32,000 bases of DNA from Candidatus Micrarchaeum sp. (GTDB taxonomy: Archaea; Micrarchaeota; Micrarchaeia; Micrarchaeales; Micrarchaeaceae). A program made the position numbers and the translations under genes. Each line of letters begins with the position of its first letter. The first letter of the stretch is position 1. The notes beneath the pieces are model-generated. The model did no database searches, was not told the origin of the DNA, and worked only from the letters and a program-made list of their open reading frames with translations. Where the stretch lies: positions 720,001 to 752,000 of the forward strand of contig NZ_CP060530.1 of the NCBI RefSeq assembly GCF_016806735.1, read 5' to 3'. Below are positions 31,179 to 32,000 of the stretch, one piece after another.

Positions 31179-32000
31179 ATGGGCAATATATCAAAAGAGA
31201 ATAAATATGCATTAATTAATGATACGGATATTTCAAGAATAAAGCTTGCAAAAATGTTTATTGATACGAGTAATAATCCTGATGCAGTTGTTGAAGATTT
31301 TGTTAAACGAGCGCTCAAAAATTATAATATATTATATGGGGTGAAAGATAGTGGAAACCTGCTAAAGTTAAAATGTAATAGCAAAGAAGGGCTCATATTA
31401 TACAGAGATGCATATTTGGAGCTGATAAAAATAAAAGACAGTATTTATAATAATGAAGTGCAAAAATTTGCAGTTTCTATATTTGGGAAAAAGTTCAATG
31501 ACTTATCTGTAGAAGAGCTTGGAATATTTAAAGAAATAATGCGTTTTAGTATAAATGTGTACAGGCTGAATATTCCGCTGTCTATAAACTTCAAGCCAAT
31601 AGCTTATGCAAATATGGAACGAATAAAATACGAAAGGCATCTATCTACAAGAGATTATATGTCTATACTTTCATTGGCGCACGAGTCTGGAATGTCAGAG
31701 TACAGAAGAATGCATATCGCATACTGTGTAGAACAGGATAAAGAAGTCAAGCAGAGAAAGTTCAAAGAGCTTTTAGATCTTTATCACCTTGGTTCTGAAA
31801 GGCTCGCACTTATTAGGATTTCCAATGACTTCATTAATGGGATACCGCAAGGCTATTTAGAGAAACAGAACAAACCCGCTTATGTAAATGTTGATGAAGA
31901 AATAAGTGCCATATTAGACCTTATAAACTTTGACAACTATTACAGCTTATTACATAGGAAACGCCTTTCATCGCTTGCCGATGCTTTTCTGAGAGGTTAT
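31179..32000 (+). CDS. hypothetical protein, incomplete at the window edge (at least 274 aa)
   Basis: Not in the track. I translated 274 codons from ATG 31179 without a stop (MGNISKENKYALINDTDISRIKLAKMF...LADAFLRGY). Very AT-rich: 22% and 27% GC in two 60-nt samples. Confidence 0.65.
   Translation, partial: MGNISKENKYALINDTDISRIKLAKMFIDTSNNPDAVVEDFVKRALKNYNILYGVKDSGNLLKLKCNSKEGLILYRDAYLELIKIKDSIYNNEVQKFAVSIFGKKFNDLSVEELGIFKEIMRFSINVYRLNIPLSINFKPIAYANMERIKYERHLSTRDYMSILSLAHESGMSEYRRMHIAYCVEQDKEVKQRKFKELLDLYHLGSERLALIRISNDFINGIPQGYLEKQNKPAYVNVDEEISAILDLINFDNYYSLLHRKRLSSLADAFLRGY

Overview
This window looks archaeal. Evidence: gatD/gatE, RFC small and large subunits, a histone-fold protein, AT-rich TATA-like promoters with GGTG-type Shine-Dalgarno sites, many 1-4 nt gene overlaps and several TTG/GTG starts. 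It may come from a small-genome (DPANN-like) lineage, but that is inference only. The core (about 4.1-27.5 kb; 45-55% GC in hand-counted 60-nt samples) is densely packed housekeeping DNA. It holds tRNA-Pro(UGG), an M13 peptidase, rfcS, a tailed histone, a polyprenyl lipid-carrier cluster (uppS, a large membrane protein, a kinase-like membrane protein), rfcL, a RecJ/DHH nuclease, a KaiC-like ATPase coupled to a Cys-repeat surface protein, an XRE regulator, an FNR-like oxidoreductase, an Nre-like protein, an M24 peptidase, and an mtaB-gatD-gatE operon. Both ends are accessory DNA. (i) Bases 1-4070 are about 32% GC, abut the 3' end of tRNA-Pro, and contain a 3.1-kb segment bracketed by imperfect att-like direct repeats. 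That segment carries a C2H2 zinc-finger protein, small HTH-like genes, a 94-aa anchor-less signal-peptidase-like protein and a Cys-rich secreted mini-protein. (ii) Bases 27543-32000 are the best candidate here for an undescribed system. It contains a diverged tandem duplication that preserves a promoter plus a Gly/His-rich micro-ORF convergent on an Lrp/AsnC-type gene. The two-module Lrp/AsnC regulator has its second module starting exactly at a GC-content break. A perfect 12-bp inverted repeat lies in the divergent promoter region. The divergent, translationally coupled operon encodes a micro-protein, a stand-alone RAM domain, an 83-aa protein and an orphan PEP-utilizer phosphohistidine swivel domain, followed by a very AT-rich unknown gene that runs off the window. 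No CRISPR array, rRNA, recognisable integrase/transposase or known defence gene was seen. All family assignments rest on motifs read by eye, not on database searches.
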